Source: Nannocystales bacterium (lineage in GTDB: Bacteria; Myxococcota_A; Polyangia; Nannocystales; Nannocystaceae). Taken from it: DNA of 64,000 nt. Under the pieces are notes generated by a model. It was not told the DNA's origin and did no database searches. It saw only the letters and a program-made list of their open reading frames with translations. The stretch is taken from positions 288,001 to 352,000 of the forward strand of contig JBOEGF010000024.1 of NCBI GenBank assembly GCA_050633305.1, read 5' to 3'. Within the stretch, counting starts at the first letter, position 1; each line of letters starts with the position of its first letter. The position numbers were made by a program, and so were the translations under genes. Of this stretch, positions 37,459 to 53,600 are shown piece by piece.

Positions 37459-38523
37459 ATGAGTAAGCAATGTATCGGGATCGACATCGGCAGCTCTGCG
37501 ATCAAACTCGTGCAGCTCAAGGTCGGGCGGCGCGAGTTGACGCTGCAGAACTTTGGCATTGAGCCAGTCCCTCCGCAGACGATCGTGGAGGGAGCCGTGA
37601 TGAACCACGGCGCCCTCGTCGACGCCATTCGGAACCTGTCTCGACGGATCCGCCTCAAGGGCAAGCGGACCTCGATCGCCGTCTCCGGCAACGCCGTCAT
37701 TCTCAAGCGACTGACGATCCCGGCGATGGACGGCTCGGCGTTGGCCGAGCAGATGGAATGGGAGGTTCAGCAGAACATCCCGTTCCCGCGCGATGAGGTG
37801 ATCGTGGACCACTCGGTCCTGGTCGGACAAACCCCGCAGGGACAGATGGAAGTGTTGCTCGTCGCCGCAAAACGCGACGTGCTTCAGCAGTACCAGTCGG
37901 CCGTCCGAGATGCTGGGCTCAACGCGGTCGTGGTGGACGCGGCCGCGCTCGCGCTTCAGAACGCGGTCGAAGGTGGAGTGGGGTTTGTCGCCGGGGAAAC
38001 CGTCGCGATCATCAACGTGGGCGCGAGTTTCTCCACGCTCTCGATCGTCGCGGATGGACGACCACAGTTCAACCGAGACATCGGCGCGGGTGGAAACACG
38101 TACACCGAAGCGATCCAGCGTCAACTCGCGGTCCCCATCGACGGGGCCGAGGCCTACAAGGTCGGCGGGGCGATCGCTGCGATGGGCGCTGCGGCCGATG
38201 TGGTCCCGCAAGAGGTCCACTCGATTCTCGCGCAGGTCTCGGAGCAAGTCGCCGAAGAGTTCCAGCGTTCTCTCGATTTCTACATCAGCGACGCAGTCGA
38301 TGCCCGGCTGTCTCGTATCTACCTCACAGGCGGCTCGTCTTTGGTGCCGCAGCTGCCCAAGGCCATCCAGGACCGCTCGCGCATTCCGGTCGAGATCATC
38401 GACCCGTTCGCGCGTGTCGCCGTGGATAGCCGGCGCTTCGACGTGGACTATCTCCGCGCCAATGCACCGGTGGCCGCCATTGCGTTCGGACTCGCTCTGC
38501 GCGCGCAAGGGGACTCTCCATGA
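37459..38523 (+). CDS. pilM: Type IV pilus assembly protein PilM
   Basis: GGAGG SD. Motifs IGIDIGSSAIK, IPFP, VLLVAAK, RSLDFY, YLTGG, FGLALR. Confidence 0.96.
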   Translation: MSKQCIGIDIGSSAIKLVQLKVGRRELTLQNFGIEPVPPQTIVEGAVMNHGALVDAIRNLSRRIRLKGKRTSIAVSGNAVILKRLTIPAMDGSALAEQMEWEVQQNIPFPRDEVIVDHSVLVGQTPQGQMEVLLVAAKRDVLQQYQSAVRDAGLNAVVVDAAALALQNAVEGGVGFVAGETVAIINVGASFSTLSIVADGRPQFNRDIGAGGNTYTEAIQRQLAVPIDGAEAYKVGGAIAAMGAAADVVPQEVHSILAQVSEQVAEEFQRSLDFYISDAVDARLSRIYLTGGSSLVPQLPKAIQDRSRIPVEIIDPFARVAVDSRRFDVDYLRANAPVAAIAFGLALRAQGDSP

Positions 38524-39215
38524 TTCGCATCAACCTCGCCCCCACAAAGAAGAAGAAGCGCAGCCGTTCTGCGAGTCCGTCCGCCGACTCGGCCGGGTCC
38601 TCGGCCTCTGCCGCGCAGGCGTGGCTGGTGGGCATGTTGCTGGGGTGGATCGCCGTCGGCGGCGTTTGTTACTGGCTTCAGACGATCGAGGAGGAGGCGG
38701 CGGACAACCAACGCCGCATCGCGGTCACGAAGAACAAAGAGGCCGACAAGATCAAGAAGGACATCGACGAGGAGGGGCTCAAGAAGCGCGAGGAACAGGT
38801 CGCGCAGATGGAGCTCGCCGAGAAAAAGCTCAACGCGAAGCGCCGGACCCCGGTGTTCGTCATGTACGAGATGAGTTCGATGCTCACCGACGCTGCCGCA
38901 GGCGGGGGCGTCGACAAGGACGAAGAAAAGTACCGGGCGGGTATCGCCGCGGATCCGCAGAGCGCGATCAACGAGAAGTGGGACCCCACGGGGCTGTGGA
39001 TCGATACCGTCGAGCAGAACGGCCCGACGTTGTCCATCGGAGGTCAGGCTCGCGATGCTGCCGACCTATCCGAGTTCACCCGTCGGCTTCGAGCCAGCGC
39101 CCGCTTCGGTGAATCTTCCAGCCCCGACTTCGAACGCGAGGGCAACCCCGACAACCCCGACGAGGCCCGTTACCTCACCTGGAAGCTCAACGTCCAGGTT
39201 CGCCGCTGGAACTGA
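38520..39215 (+). CDS. pilN: Type IV pilus assembly protein PilN
   Basis: MIRINL PilM-binding motif, TM, coiled coil, LWIDTV. Confidence 0.92.
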   Translation: MIRINLAPTKKKKRSRSASPSADSAGSSASAAQAWLVGMLLGWIAVGGVCYWLQTIEEEAADNQRRIAVTKNKEADKIKKDIDEEGLKKREEQVAQMELAEKKLNAKRRTPVFVMYEMSSMLTDAAAGGGVDKDEEKYRAGIAADPQSAINEKWDPTGLWIDTVEQNGPTLSIGGQARDAADLSEFTRRLRASARFGESSSPDFEREGNPDNPDEARYLTWKLNVQVRRWN

Positions 39216-39227
39216 GGGAGACGCACG

Positions 39228-39872
39228 ATGGAACAGTTTGCAAAACTTCCGATCTGGCAGCGGATCGTCTTGTTCGTCGTCGTCGGCGCGCTGGTGATCG
39301 CCGGATGGTTCTTCCTCCTCTACCAAGACGCGGTGGCCGCTCACGAGGGCGCCAAGAAAGCGGTGGTCAAAGCCGAGGCCGAGCTCGTTCGGGTGACGAA
39401 GGAGCAGGAAAACTTCCTCGAACGCCAGCGCAAGCAGGCCGATATCGAGGCCCAACTTCAGCAGAAGGTCGCGGTCCTGCCGACGAGCAAGTCGTCGCTG
39501 GACAACCTGATGCAGACCTTCCAACAGCAGGCGCGCCTCGTGGGTCTCACCGTGGAGAGCTGGACACCCGAGCCCGAGCAAAAAGAGGACTTCTACGCCC
39601 GCCTTCCGGTCAAGGTCCGTGCGACGGGCACGTGGACCCAAGCCGGGGAGTTCTTTCGCCGCATGTACGAGCTGGGGCGAGAGAACAAGGGACGAATCGT
39701 CAGTGTCGACCAGCTGGTCCTGAACAACAAATCCGCGGGCAAGGCCGAGGCGGGCGAAGGCGCGCCGTTGCTCGAGATCAGTTTCGAGGCGGCGACCTAT
39801 CGCTTCCTGACCGAAGCTGAACGTACGGCCGTTGACCCGAAGAAGAAGCGAAGCCGTCGGAGGAAGAAATAA
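39228..39872 (+). CDS. pilO: Type IV pilus assembly protein PilO
   Basis: TM, coiled coil, LP, FYARLPV, RIVSV, ATYRF. Confidence 0.92.
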   Translation: MEQFAKLPIWQRIVLFVVVGALVIAGWFFLLYQDAVAAHEGAKKAVVKAEAELVRVTKEQENFLERQRKQADIEAQLQQKVAVLPTSKSSLDNLMQTFQQQARLVGLTVESWTPEPEQKEDFYARLPVKVRATGTWTQAGEFFRRMYELGRENKGRIVSVDQLVLNNKSAGKAEAGEGAPLLEISFEAATYRFLTEAERTAVDPKKKRSRRRKK

Positions 39873-40447
39873 TGTCCACCGCAAAGATCCTCGCCCTCTG
39901 CATCCTGCTTAGCGCGCCGCTTGCGTGTGGCGAAGACGACTCCCAGACCACGGGTGTTCGTGGGACGGGAGTGAAGAAGGGCGCCAAAAAGAAGAAGAAG
40001 GCGTCTCGGCGTACGGCAGGGGGCGCGGACGATGAAGAGGTCATCGACGAGGGGCCTCCGCGGCCTCCGGTCGCCCTCGACAGCAAGTCGTTTCAACGGC
40101 GCAGGGACCCGTTCCTGAGCTTCGTGGCCAACGACGACCCGCTTCCCGAGCCTCCCGCGACCAGTGTTCGGGCTGAACGAAAGGTGCGGATGGCCGGGTA
40201 TGCCTTCGAGGACCTGAAACTGATCAGTATCGTCAACGGTCGGGGCGTGGCTCCACGCGCACTTTTTTTGGCATCTGACGGCAAATCCAAGACGATCAAG
40301 CAGGGCGAGTACTTCTCCAGTGCGGAGGTCAAGCTCGCCGCCGTCAACCGTGACTATGTCGAGATCGAAGTTGTAGATGATGACTTGGGAAGCAGCCTCA
40401 ATCTCCAGCGTGGTGAACGCCGCGCGATCTACCTTCGAACCGACTGA
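39872..40447 (+). CDS. pilP: Type IV pilus lipoprotein PilP
   Basis: Lipobox APLAC, RRDPF, LKLISIV. Position between pilO and pilQ. Confidence 0.85.
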   Translation: MSTAKILALCILLSAPLACGEDDSQTTGVRGTGVKKGAKKKKKASRRTAGGADDEEVIDEGPPRPPVALDSKSFQRRRDPFLSFVANDDPLPEPPATSVRAERKVRMAGYAFEDLKLISIVNGRGVAPRALFLASDGKSKTIKQGEYFSSAEVKLAAVNRDYVEIEVVDDDLGSSLNLQRGERRAIYLRTD

Positions 40448-40465
40448 GCGAGGACCGTCCGACCG

Positions 40466-44983
<4,518 letters not shown>

Positions 44984-45029
44984 GCTTGGGGCCCTTGCGG
45001 CCGGAGCCAGACCGGCGCACCCTGCAATC

Positions 45030-45581
45030 GTGGGGGCGCCGGTTTTTCTGTGCGGCATGATGGGTTCGGGGAAGAGCTCCGTGGGGCGGTGGCTCGCTTC
45101 GGCGTTGGACGTACCTTTCGTCGATCTCGACACTCGGCTCGAGCGCATGTTCGGCGTGACGGTTCCTGAGGCGTTCGCGAACGGGGAGGCTGAGTTTCGC
45201 CTGCTGGAGCGCGCTGCCTTGCACAGTCTCGTGCAAGAACCGGGGTTTCGGGGGCGGACAGTGGTCGTCGCGACCGGTGGTGGGGTTGTGGTCGACCCGG
45301 AGAACCGGGCGTGCATGGACGCGGCGGGAGTGCGGGTCTTGCTCCGCGTTCCAGCGTCCGAGCTTGCGGCCCGCCTCACAGCTGGACAACAGGAGGAAGG
45401 GCGCCCGCTGCTCGCGGACGCCGTCGATCCGGCCGAGCGTCTTGCTGCCCTTTGGGCGCAGCGGCGCGCGGCGTATGAGGACGTGTCACATCAGGTCGAT
45501 GGCGTAGGCTCGGTCGAGAAGGTCGCTCAAAGAATCGCCGGAGCGCTTGACCTCGAACTCCAAACCGGCGAAACGCCCTGA
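45030..45581 (+). CDS. aroK: Shikimate kinase
   Basis: Motifs GMMGSGKSSVG, FVDLD, GEAEFR, ATGGG, RPLL. Confidence 0.93.
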   Translation: MGAPVFLCGMMGSGKSSVGRWLASALDVPFVDLDTRLERMFGVTVPEAFANGEAEFRLLERAALHSLVQEPGFRGRTVVVATGGGVVVDPENRACMDAAGVRVLLRVPASELAARLTAGQQEEGRPLLADAVDPAERLAALWAQRRAAYEDVSHQVDGVGSVEKVAQRIAGALDLELQTGETP

Positions 45582-45622
45582 GGGCCATCCCGGTCCGAGA
45601 CTCTCGCGAACGAAGACCCTGT

Positions 45623-46735
45623 ATGACCCGGCCCCTTGCGTTGGAAGTGACGGTGCCCACCGAGGACCTGAGTTACCCGGTGAAGGTCGGGGCGGGTTTG
45701 CTCGACATCGTCGGCGACACGATGCGACGGGTCACGCCCCGGGCGCGGCGAGTCGCGATCATCTCGGACACGAACGTGCTGCCGCTGTACGGCGAGCGCG
45801 TTCGTGCGTCCCTCGAGGCAGCAGGGCTTTCCGTGGTCTGTCACGAGATCCCGCCGGGAGAGTCGAGCAAGACTCCCGAGCGCATGGTGGGGCTGGTCTC
45901 AGCGCTGGTGGCGGATGGATTGGGCCGAGCCGACGCGGTCTTGGCCTTGGGGGGAGGCGTCGTTGGGGACTTGGCCGGCCTGGTGGCAGCCTTGTTCATG
46001 CGGGGCATCGACGTCGTGCAGTGCCCCACGTCCTTGCTCGCACAGGTCGATGCGTCGGTTGGGGGAAAGGTCGCGGTCGACCTCCCTGAGGGGAAGAATC
46101 TGCTCGGCGCGTTCGCCTTTCCGAGAGCGGTCGTCATCGACCCCACCGTGTTGCAGACACTCCCCGACGAGGAACTCGGGTGTGGTGTCGCAGAGATGCT
46201 CAAGCACGGCGCGCTGTTCGACCCCGAGCACTTCGCTGCCGTGCGCGACCAGGCCGAGGCCATCTACCGTCGCGACGTGGCGGTCCTCGGCCCGCACGTC
46301 GCGATCTCGGTCGGCCTGAAAGCGGCGTGCGTGATTCGCGACCCGCGCGAGCGGTCCGACGCTGGCAAAGGTCGAATCGCGCTGAACCTAGGGCACACGG
46401 TGGGGCACGCCCTGGAACTCGGCGAGGATTACGCACTCAAGCACGGACAGGCTGTCGGCTTGGGATTGCTCGCCGCGGCCCGGCTCTCGAGGCGCTTGGG
46501 GCTGACCACCGTCGATCTCGAGGGGCGCATCCGCACAGCCCTCGAGGCGGTGCGGCTTCCGACGGACCTGGACCGCTATCTGACCGCGGACCGCCGTCCA
46601 GCTCTGATCGAGGCCATGGCCCGGGACAAGAAGCGGGGTGCACATCGCGAGATCACCTACATCGGTCTGGCCCGGCTCGGTGAGCCGCGGGTGCTGACGC
46701 TGGCGCCAGAATCCATCCTCGACGCGATCGTTTGA
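45623..46735 (+). CDS. aroB: 3-dehydroquinate synthase
   Basis: Motifs GESSK, GGGVVGDLAG, PTSLLAQVDASVGGK, AEMLKHG, LNLGHTVGHA, HGQAV. Confidence 0.95.
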   Translation: MTRPLALEVTVPTEDLSYPVKVGAGLLDIVGDTMRRVTPRARRVAIISDTNVLPLYGERVRASLEAAGLSVVCHEIPPGESSKTPERMVGLVSALVADGLGRADAVLALGGGVVGDLAGLVAALFMRGIDVVQCPTSLLAQVDASVGGKVAVDLPEGKNLLGAFAFPRAVVIDPTVLQTLPDEELGCGVAEMLKHGALFDPEHFAAVRDQAEAIYRRDVAVLGPHVAISVGLKAACVIRDPRERSDAGKGRIALNLGHTVGHALELGEDYALKHGQAVGLGLLAAARLSRRLGLTTVDLEGRIRTALEAVRLPTDLDRYLTADRRPALIEAMARDKKRGAHREITYIGLARLGEPRVLTLAPESILDAIV

Positions 46736-46767
46736 GCCCATCGAACGGGGCTCGCTTGCGCGTTTCT

Positions 46768-46796
46768 TTGGTTGTCGCCAAAGCCCTTGCTACGCT
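46768..46796 (+). promoter_or_regulatory. Possible internal promoter for lipoprotein-mglC
   Basis: TTGGTT-17 nt-TACGCT with extended -10 TG. Confidence 0.3.
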
Positions 46797-46834
46797 TGAG
46801 GCGCGCTACCCCCTGGGTGGCCGCTGGGTGCGTC

Positions 46835-47752
46835 ATGAAGGTTCTCAAGCTCACGTCCGTCGCCGTCGCTCTGGCAGCCCTTCCTTTGCTCGGCTCCTGT
46901 GCCGACCAACAGGAGTCGATCATCATCGCCGGAGCTCCATCGTGGATGGGGGGACGGTGCAGTGTGGATGTGCCCGCGCAGGCCTACCTGGCTGGTGGGA
47001 GCTTGGATATTCGCTTCGAGACCGAGTACATGGTCCCGCTGGAGATCCAAAACCAGCTGCAGCCCCAGGCCGCCGACGCGAGCAACAGCGGGACGGACAA
47101 CTCCGAGTTCCAGATCTCGGGCGTGGACGTGAGCCTGTCCAGCAACCAGGTTCCGGACCTGATCGACCGGCTCGCTGCGGAGGAAGGCGGGGATGCGTTC
47201 ATCAACTTCTCGCCCGCGGTTGCGACGAACTCGATCTCCGGTGGCGGTCAGCTGGGCTACCTGGTGCCGGGGATCCCCGCGGGCACCGCTTCCAAGCTTG
47301 CGGAATACCGTGTCGCCGAAGCTCTGCTGGCAGGTGATGCGGCCCAAGCCGCGCTGGAGGCCGCAAATCCCGACGCGACCGATTCCGAGATCCTCGCAGC
47401 ACGTCTTCCTGCGGAGAACAACGTGCTCAAGCGGGTTGAGACCCTTCTCGTGTCGATTGTCGTTCGCGCCCGTCGGACCGGGAACCGATCGGGGAACGTC
47501 GGGGAGATCGAGGCGCGTCAGTTCGAGTTTCCCGTCGACATCTGTCACGGGTGCCTCGTCACTTGCACGACTTGTAGCTTCGAGGCCGATGTCGACGCCG
47601 ACGGTGTCGACGAGACGATCACAGGCGAGTGTCCCGACTCGTCGGTTGTCAACGCACCGACAACTCGGCTGTTCTTGGGAGAGTTTGCCGGCGTGTCCCT
47701 GGACTGCCCATCCGCCCAGGACTCCAGGTTCGTCCCCGCGGACTGCGCTTGA
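46835..47752 (+). CDS. Hypothetical lipoprotein of the pil-mglC locus
   Basis: Signal peptide ending LLGSC. C-terminal FEFPVDICHGCL and CPSAQD Cys motifs. Confidence 0.8.
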   Translation: MKVLKLTSVAVALAALPLLGSCADQQESIIIAGAPSWMGGRCSVDVPAQAYLAGGSLDIRFETEYMVPLEIQNQLQPQAADASNSGTDNSEFQISGVDVSLSSNQVPDLIDRLAAEEGGDAFINFSPAVATNSISGGGQLGYLVPGIPAGTASKLAEYRVAEALLAGDAAQAALEAANPDATDSEILAARLPAENNVLKRVETLLVSIVVRARRTGNRSGNVGEIEARQFEFPVDICHGCLVTCTTCSFEADVDADGVDETITGECPDSSVVNAPTTRLFLGEFAGVSLDCPSAQDSRFVPADCA

Positions 47753-47821
47753 GGGCGCGGCCCGACGCAGATCCCTTGACCAACGCGTAGGCGTTGGGCG
47801 ATCCTCGCGCTGCGGACCGCA

Positions 47822-48181
47822 ATGCTGAACGAATCGCTCGAAAAGATCGTGCAGAACACCCCGGGTGCAGCCGGGGCAATCCTGATGGGTTTCGATGGCA
47901 TTGCAGTGATGCAATACGTCGCTCCCGAACACGCTGGGGTCGACATCGAGTCGACGGCGATGGAGTTCTCGTTCCGCTACGTCGAACTTCGCCAGGCCGC
48001 CGCATCCCTCGAGATGGGTGAGGTCACCGACATCACGATCAAGGCGGACAACCGGTCCGTCTGCTGCCGGGTTCTCTCCGACGAGTACTTTGTCGCAATC
48101 GTGCTCGCCGACTCGTCGCACATCGGCAAAGGCCGCTGGATGTTGCGGTCGACCTCAGGCGAACTCCAGGCGGAACTGTAG
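47822..48181 (+). CDS. mglC: Roadblock/LC7 polarity protein MglC
   Basis: MGFDGI (FDI surface) and GKGRWMLR...AEL match recalled M. xanthus MglC. Syntenic downstream of pilQ. Confidence 0.88.
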   Translation: MLNESLEKIVQNTPGAAGAILMGFDGIAVMQYVAPEHAGVDIESTAMEFSFRYVELRQAAASLEMGEVTDITIKADNRSVCCRVLSDEYFVAIVLADSSHIGKGRWMLRSTSGELQAEL

Positions 48182-48259
48182 CGCTCGGACGGCACCCCGT
48201 CTGGACCGCGGCCGGCGTGGTCGAGCCCACTTGGGCTGAGTCGAGATAGACTGCGGCTC

Positions 48260-48739
48260 ATGCAAGTCGCGGTGACGGTCGTTCACGGACCGAATCTGAA
48301 TCTCCTCGGCACCCGAGAGCCGGAGATCTACGGCTCAACCTCGCTCGCCGAACTCGATGCTCGTCTCGTTCGGCACGGCCGGGACCGGGGTGTGGAGGTC
48401 GTGTGCCATCAGAGCAACAGCGAAGGCGGCATCATTGACCTCGTCCACGCCGCGCCGGGTCCGATCGTCATCAACCCCGCCGGATACACGCACACGTCGG
48501 TCGCGATCGCGGACGCGCTGCGTGCTGTTTTGGGCCCGGTCGTCGAGGTCCACCTGTCCAACATCTACGCGCGGGAGGCTGTCAGGCAGGTCTCCGTCAC
48601 CGCCGCGGCGTGCGAGGGGGTCGTGATGGGTTTGGGCGTGAACTCATACGTCTTGGCGCTTGAAGCCGTGCTGGAAATGATAGGGTCCGGCGCCGAGAGG
48701 TCCTCACAGGGACCCAACGCATCTCGCGAGCTACCATGA
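48260..48739 (+). CDS. aroQ: Type II 3-dehydroquinate dehydratase
   Basis: Motifs [39 protein letters not shown]. Confidence 0.96.
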   Translation: MQVAVTVVHGPNLNLLGTREPEIYGSTSLAELDARLVRHGRDRGVEVVCHQSNSEGGIIDLVHAAPGPIVINPAGYTHTSVAIADALRAVLGPVVEVHLSNIYAREAVRQVSVTAAACEGVVMGLGVNSYVLALEAVLEMIGSGAERSSQGPNASRELP

Positions 48740-49230
48740 GCAACGAGAACGACTCCAAGCTTCCCGACCTCAGCTACATCCGAGAGCTGGCCGGCATCTT
48801 TCAAGACCACGAACTCGACGAGCTCGAGATCGAGACCGGTGAGACCCGGATGCTGCTTCGCCGTGGGGACATGCCCGTGGTTCAGCACGCCGCCGCACCC
48901 GTGGCCGCTGCGCCCGTCGCAGCGGTTGCCGCTCCTGTCGCGGTTGCTGCTCCGGCGGCAGCCCCGGCCGCGGCCCCGGCTGAACTCCCGGGCGATTTCA
49001 TCACATCGCCGTTCGTGGGGACGTTCTACTCCGCACCCCGTCCGGATGCGCCCTCGTTTGTCGAGGTTGGCGCCAAGGTTCAGCCCGGTGCGACCGTCTG
49101 CATCGTCGAGGCGATGAAGCTGTTCAACGAGATTGAGACGGACTTCGCCTGCACCATCGAGGAAGTCCTCGTCGAAGCCGGGCAGCCCGTGGAATATGGC
49201 GCGAAGCTGTTCCGGGTGACCAAGCAGTGA
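48736..49230 (+). CDS. accB: Acetyl-CoA carboxylase biotin carboxyl carrier protein
   Basis: Ala/Pro linker, [17 protein letters not shown]. Confidence 0.96.
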   Translation: MSNENDSKLPDLSYIRELAGIFQDHELDELEIETGETRMLLRRGDMPVVQHAAAPVAAAPVAAVAAPVAVAAPAAAPAAAPAELPGDFITSPFVGTFYSAPRPDAPSFVEVGAKVQPGATVCIVEAMKLFNEIETDFACTIEEVLVEAGQPVEYGAKLFRVTKQ

Positions 49231-50603
49231 CGCAGCCGATCCGCAAGGTTCTGATCGCGAACCGGGGCGAGATCGCGCTCCGTGTCATCCGCGCTTGCCG
49301 CGAGCTCGGGATTCGAACCGTCGCAGTGCATTCCACTGTGGACGCGGAGGCATTGCACACTCGCTTCGCCGATGAGGCGGTCTGCATTGGCCCGGGGCCG
49401 TCCCCGTCGAGCTACCTACACATTCCCAACCTCATCGCGGCCGCCGAGCTTTCGGGGGCCGATGCGGTTCACCCAGGCTACGGCTTTTTGGCCGAACGGG
49501 CGGACTTCGCCCAGATGTGCATCAAGTGCGGCCTCTCCTTCATCGGCCCGCTCCCGGAGCACATGTCGCTGATGGGCGACAAGGTGCAGGCCCGTACTCG
49601 AATGGAGGCCTCCGGTGTTCCCGTTCTTCCCGGAACCGGAGTCCTGCAATCGCCGCAGGAGGCCCGGACCGAGGCGGAGCGCATCGGGTTTCCGGTCATC
49701 GTCAAGGCGTCGGCCGGCGGAGGCGGTCGTGGGATGAAGATCGTCCACGACCCGACGGTCCTCGAGCAGACAGTGGCAACGGCGCAGGCTGAGGCGCTGG
49801 CCGCGTTTGGGTGCGGCGACGTCTATCTGGAACGCTATGTGACGAGCCCGCGCCACATCGAAGTGCAGGTCGTCGCGGACCACCACGGCAACGTCGTCGA
49901 CCTGCTGGAGCGCGAGTGCTCCGTTCAGCGTCGGCATCAGAAAATCATGGAGGAGGCTCCCTCCCATGAGGTTCCCGAAGAGGTCCGGACGGCGCTGCGG
50001 AAGTCTGCGGTGACCGCGGCGAAGGCGATCCACTACCGGTCGGTCGGTACTGTCGAGTTCTTGCTCGATGGAAACGACTTCTATTTCATGGAGATGAACA
50101 CGCGGATCCAGGTGGAGCACTGCGTGACCGAGATGATTACCGGCGTGGACCTCGTCCAGGAGCAGATTCGGATCGCGACCGGGGAGCCCCTGGGGCACCT
50201 TGACCGGGAGCACGAGGCAAAAGGCCACGCGATCGAGTGCCGAATCAACGCAGAAGACCCGGTGACCTTCGCGCCCCAGCCGGGTACGATCGAGGCTCTT
50301 CATTTCCCTGGTGGCTACGGCGTCCGCGTCGACAGCCACGTGTACCAGGGCTACACGGTCTCCCCCCACTACGACTCGATGATCGGCAAGCTCATCACGC
50401 ACGCGCCGACGCGCGAACAGGCCCTCGCCCGGATGAGAGGCGCCCTGGACGAGACGATCGTGCGAGGCATACGCACCAACGTGCCGCTTCACCGATGGCT
50501 TCTCGAGCAGGAGGAGATCATCGCAGGTGGCTACGACACCCACTTCCTAGCCCAAAACCTCGATGTGGATGCAGTGCGAGCCCTCGCTGAAGAGGAGCAC
50601 TAG
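49227..50603 (+). CDS. accC: Acetyl-CoA carboxylase biotin carboxylase
   Basis: Motifs [51 protein letters not shown]. Confidence 0.96.
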   Translation: MTQPIRKVLIANRGEIALRVIRACRELGIRTVAVHSTVDAEALHTRFADEAVCIGPGPSPSSYLHIPNLIAAAELSGADAVHPGYGFLAERADFAQMCIKCGLSFIGPLPEHMSLMGDKVQARTRMEASGVPVLPGTGVLQSPQEARTEAERIGFPVIVKASAGGGGRGMKIVHDPTVLEQTVATAQAEALAAFGCGDVYLERYVTSPRHIEVQVVADHHGNVVDLLERECSVQRRHQKIMEEAPSHEVPEEVRTALRKSAVTAAKAIHYRSVGTVEFLLDGNDFYFMEMNTRIQVEHCVTEMITGVDLVQEQIRIATGEPLGHLDREHEAKGHAIECRINAEDPVTFAPQPGTIEALHFPGGYGVRVDSHVYQGYTVSPHYDSMIGKLITHAPTREQALARMRGALDETIVRGIRTNVPLHRWLLEQEEIIAGGYDTHFLAQNLDVDAVRALAEEEH

Positions 50604-50617
50604 GCAGGAATTCCCCC

Positions 50618-53600
50618 TTGGCGTTCAGCAAGGACAAAGCCCACGACCGGGCGGAGAAGTACGCGGCTCGCGGTCAGCACGACCGTGCGGCTCGCGAGTA
50701 TCAGACGATCGTCGAACACGACCCGAAGGACGTTCGCGCATGGTTGATGCTCGCGGATTCCCTCGCCCGAACGGGTGACCGCGCAGGCGCGGTGAGTCGC
50801 TACCAGCAAGTTGGGGACTTCTACGCGTCGAGTCGCGAGTTCCAAAAAGCGCTGGCTGTGTATCGGCAGGTGCTGAACCTGGATCCGTCGCGCCTCGACA
50901 TCCACTACAAGTGCGCTCAGCTCAACATGGAGGTGGGCCGGGTGCACGACGCGATCGCAAGCTTCGAGTCGATCGCGCAGAACCAGCTGCAAAGCGGGCG
51001 GGTCGCCGAGGCTCTCGAGACGTACCGGACCATCGCCGACGCCGACCCCACAGTCGTCTCGAAACGACTCCGGCTCGCCGAGCTGTACTCGCGAGAGAAG
51101 ATGGTCGACCCGGCGGTCGAGTCGTTCCGCATGGCATCGCAGGTCTTGCTCGATGCGGGGCGACACGCGGACTACGTCCGGGTTGCCGAGCGCCTCGTCT
51201 ATCACAAACCCACAGACCGAGAGACCATCCGCGAGCTTGCACGGGTTTACCTCCACCTCGGAGATGCCCGACGCGCATTGATGAAACTCAACGGTCTGTT
51301 GCAGGCCGACCCGGGGGATGCCGCCGGGCTCGAGCTGCTCGCCGAAACCTTCATGGCGCTCGGCAAGCCGGACAAGGCCAGCTCGGTGATCGGTGAGTTG
51401 GTCCGCAAGCTTCGCGAAGCTGGCGATGACGCCGCTGCGAGTCGGGCGTTGGACATGGGGCTCGACTGGATCCCCAACGACGCCGAGCTCCTCGCGCTCC
51501 GCGGCGTCCGTGGCAGTGGTGCGGCGCAGCCCGCCGTGGCCGACCCCGTGCCAACCCCGGCAGCCGGGCCGAGCTCAGCGCCTGAGCCGACCCCCGAGCC
51601 CCGTCTGCAGCCCAACCCCGAGCCTGTCGATCCTTCCGACTCCGATTCGGATGCCATCGACCTCGAACTCGACGACTCCGACGTCGTGGAACTCGATGAT
51701 GGCGATTTCGTGCTGACCGACGGCGACGCGGCGCCTGACGACTTCTCCGACGGCATCGACCTCGACTTCGCAGGAGCATCGAACGCGGAGATTCTCCCCG
51801 CGCGCGCCGAGCCCGATCCTGACCCGGAGCGGGATCCGGGTCCGGACCCGAGCACCTCGATGACCGACCACGTCCTCGAGGAGGTCAGTCAAAGCAGCGC
51901 CCGGGGCCAGGACCTGGGTGCGGAAGGAAGCCTTGTCGACGCTTCTGGACTGACGGACTCGGACAAACTCCTGTTCGAGGCGCGGGTGTACGTGAAGTAC
52001 CGGCTGTTCGACCACGCGCTCGAACACCTCGAACCTCTGCTCACCGAACATCCCGAGCACGTCCCCGCGCTCTCCTTGAGCGCGCGCTCTCTGACCGAAC
52101 TCGAGCGTCTCGAGGAGGCGGCCTCGATGCACGCACGCATCGCGGTCCTGGTCGAGGGCGGCGATCCGAAGCTTGCGCGGGAGCATGTTCAGGCTGCCTT
52201 GGCCGTGTCTCCTCGCCACCCCGAAGCACTCGCCGTGCAATCGAGGCTCGAAGGGGGGGCGGCAGACGCCCACGGCACACCGCAAGTCGACGACATCCTC
52301 GACTTCGACGAGGGCGTGGCCGATGACGCGCTCGAGCTCGACGACATCGCGATCGACGTCGCGGAGCCCGAGGCGGAGCTGGAGTTGGACACCAACCCGA
52401 TCGTGGTCGAGAACCGGTTTGGGATCAGTGAAGCTGGTCCGCTTCCCGAGGCCGACCCGAACGCAGGCCTCGCCCTGAGCATCGCGCCCACCGAGCAGAT
52501 GCAGGCGCTGCAGCGGGCGCGGAACAGCGAGGACACGCCAGCCACGGCGTTCATCCCTCGCCATCCCACGGTCGAGATGGATGCGGGGCCGCCAGAGCGC
52601 TCGCCGACCGCGGTCGACATCGAGTCCAAGGCCGCGGCCCACGCAGAGGCGCCCAACGACGGGGACGTCGGTCACAGCGAGGCGATCGCGGAGCTGCTTG
52701 ACGACGAGGACAGCTCGCTCCTCGAGCTCGACCCCGACCCGCAAGAGGCGTCGTTTGCCGACCTCGAGCTACCCGAGCCCGGTCTGGAACCCGGTCCGGA
52801 ACCAGAGCGGGTGGCCGAGTCGGTGGGCGAACCAGAGACTCCGACGCCGGCCCGAGTCACGGCGCCCGAGCCCGACTTCGACGCGGAGTTCGATGCGGCG
52901 TTCGAGGACGGGTTCGACGAGCTTCTCGATGTCGACGCCCCCGAGCCCGTGCTCTCCCAACCCGAGCCCGTCCCGACACCCGCCGCGGAGCCGGTCGCGG
53001 CACCCGCTGCCGAGCCGCAAGCCGAGCCGGCTCTTCAGCCTCCCGGCGGCTGGCCTGATCTGTCCGACGACCTGGCGGAGATTCGCTTCTACCTCGACCA
53101 AGGCCTGGACGAGGATGCCGACGCTGCGCTCGCGGAGCTCGCGGAGGAGCATCCTGGGCATCCCGAAATTGCCAAGATGAGAGGTGAGGTGTCCGGTGTG
53201 CAATCGCCCGCGCCTGCGGAGTCCGCGGGGGCAATGCCGTTGGTCGATCTCGATGGTGCAGAGGCGGCCGAGGCAGACGGCAACCCGGTCAGTGCTGACG
53301 CGGACGCCGACGAGGACGCGTACCTCTCCGCGATCTTCGGCGGCGGTGGCGAGAAGTCCCCGAAGGGGGCTGCGAAGACGCAGAACTCGGTCGGCGTGTC
53401 GGCCAAGGCTCAGGACGTGGCGGGGGCCAACGCCCGAGACCGCTTCGACTTGGGAATGGCGTACCGCGAGATGGGCTTGGTCGACTCGGCGGTCGCTGAG
53501 TTCGAGGGCGCCTGTTCCGACCCTCAGTGGGAGTCTCGGGCACGCGTGATGCTCGGCGCGCTTCGGGTGCTACAGGGCGATATCGATGCCGCCGTCAGTG

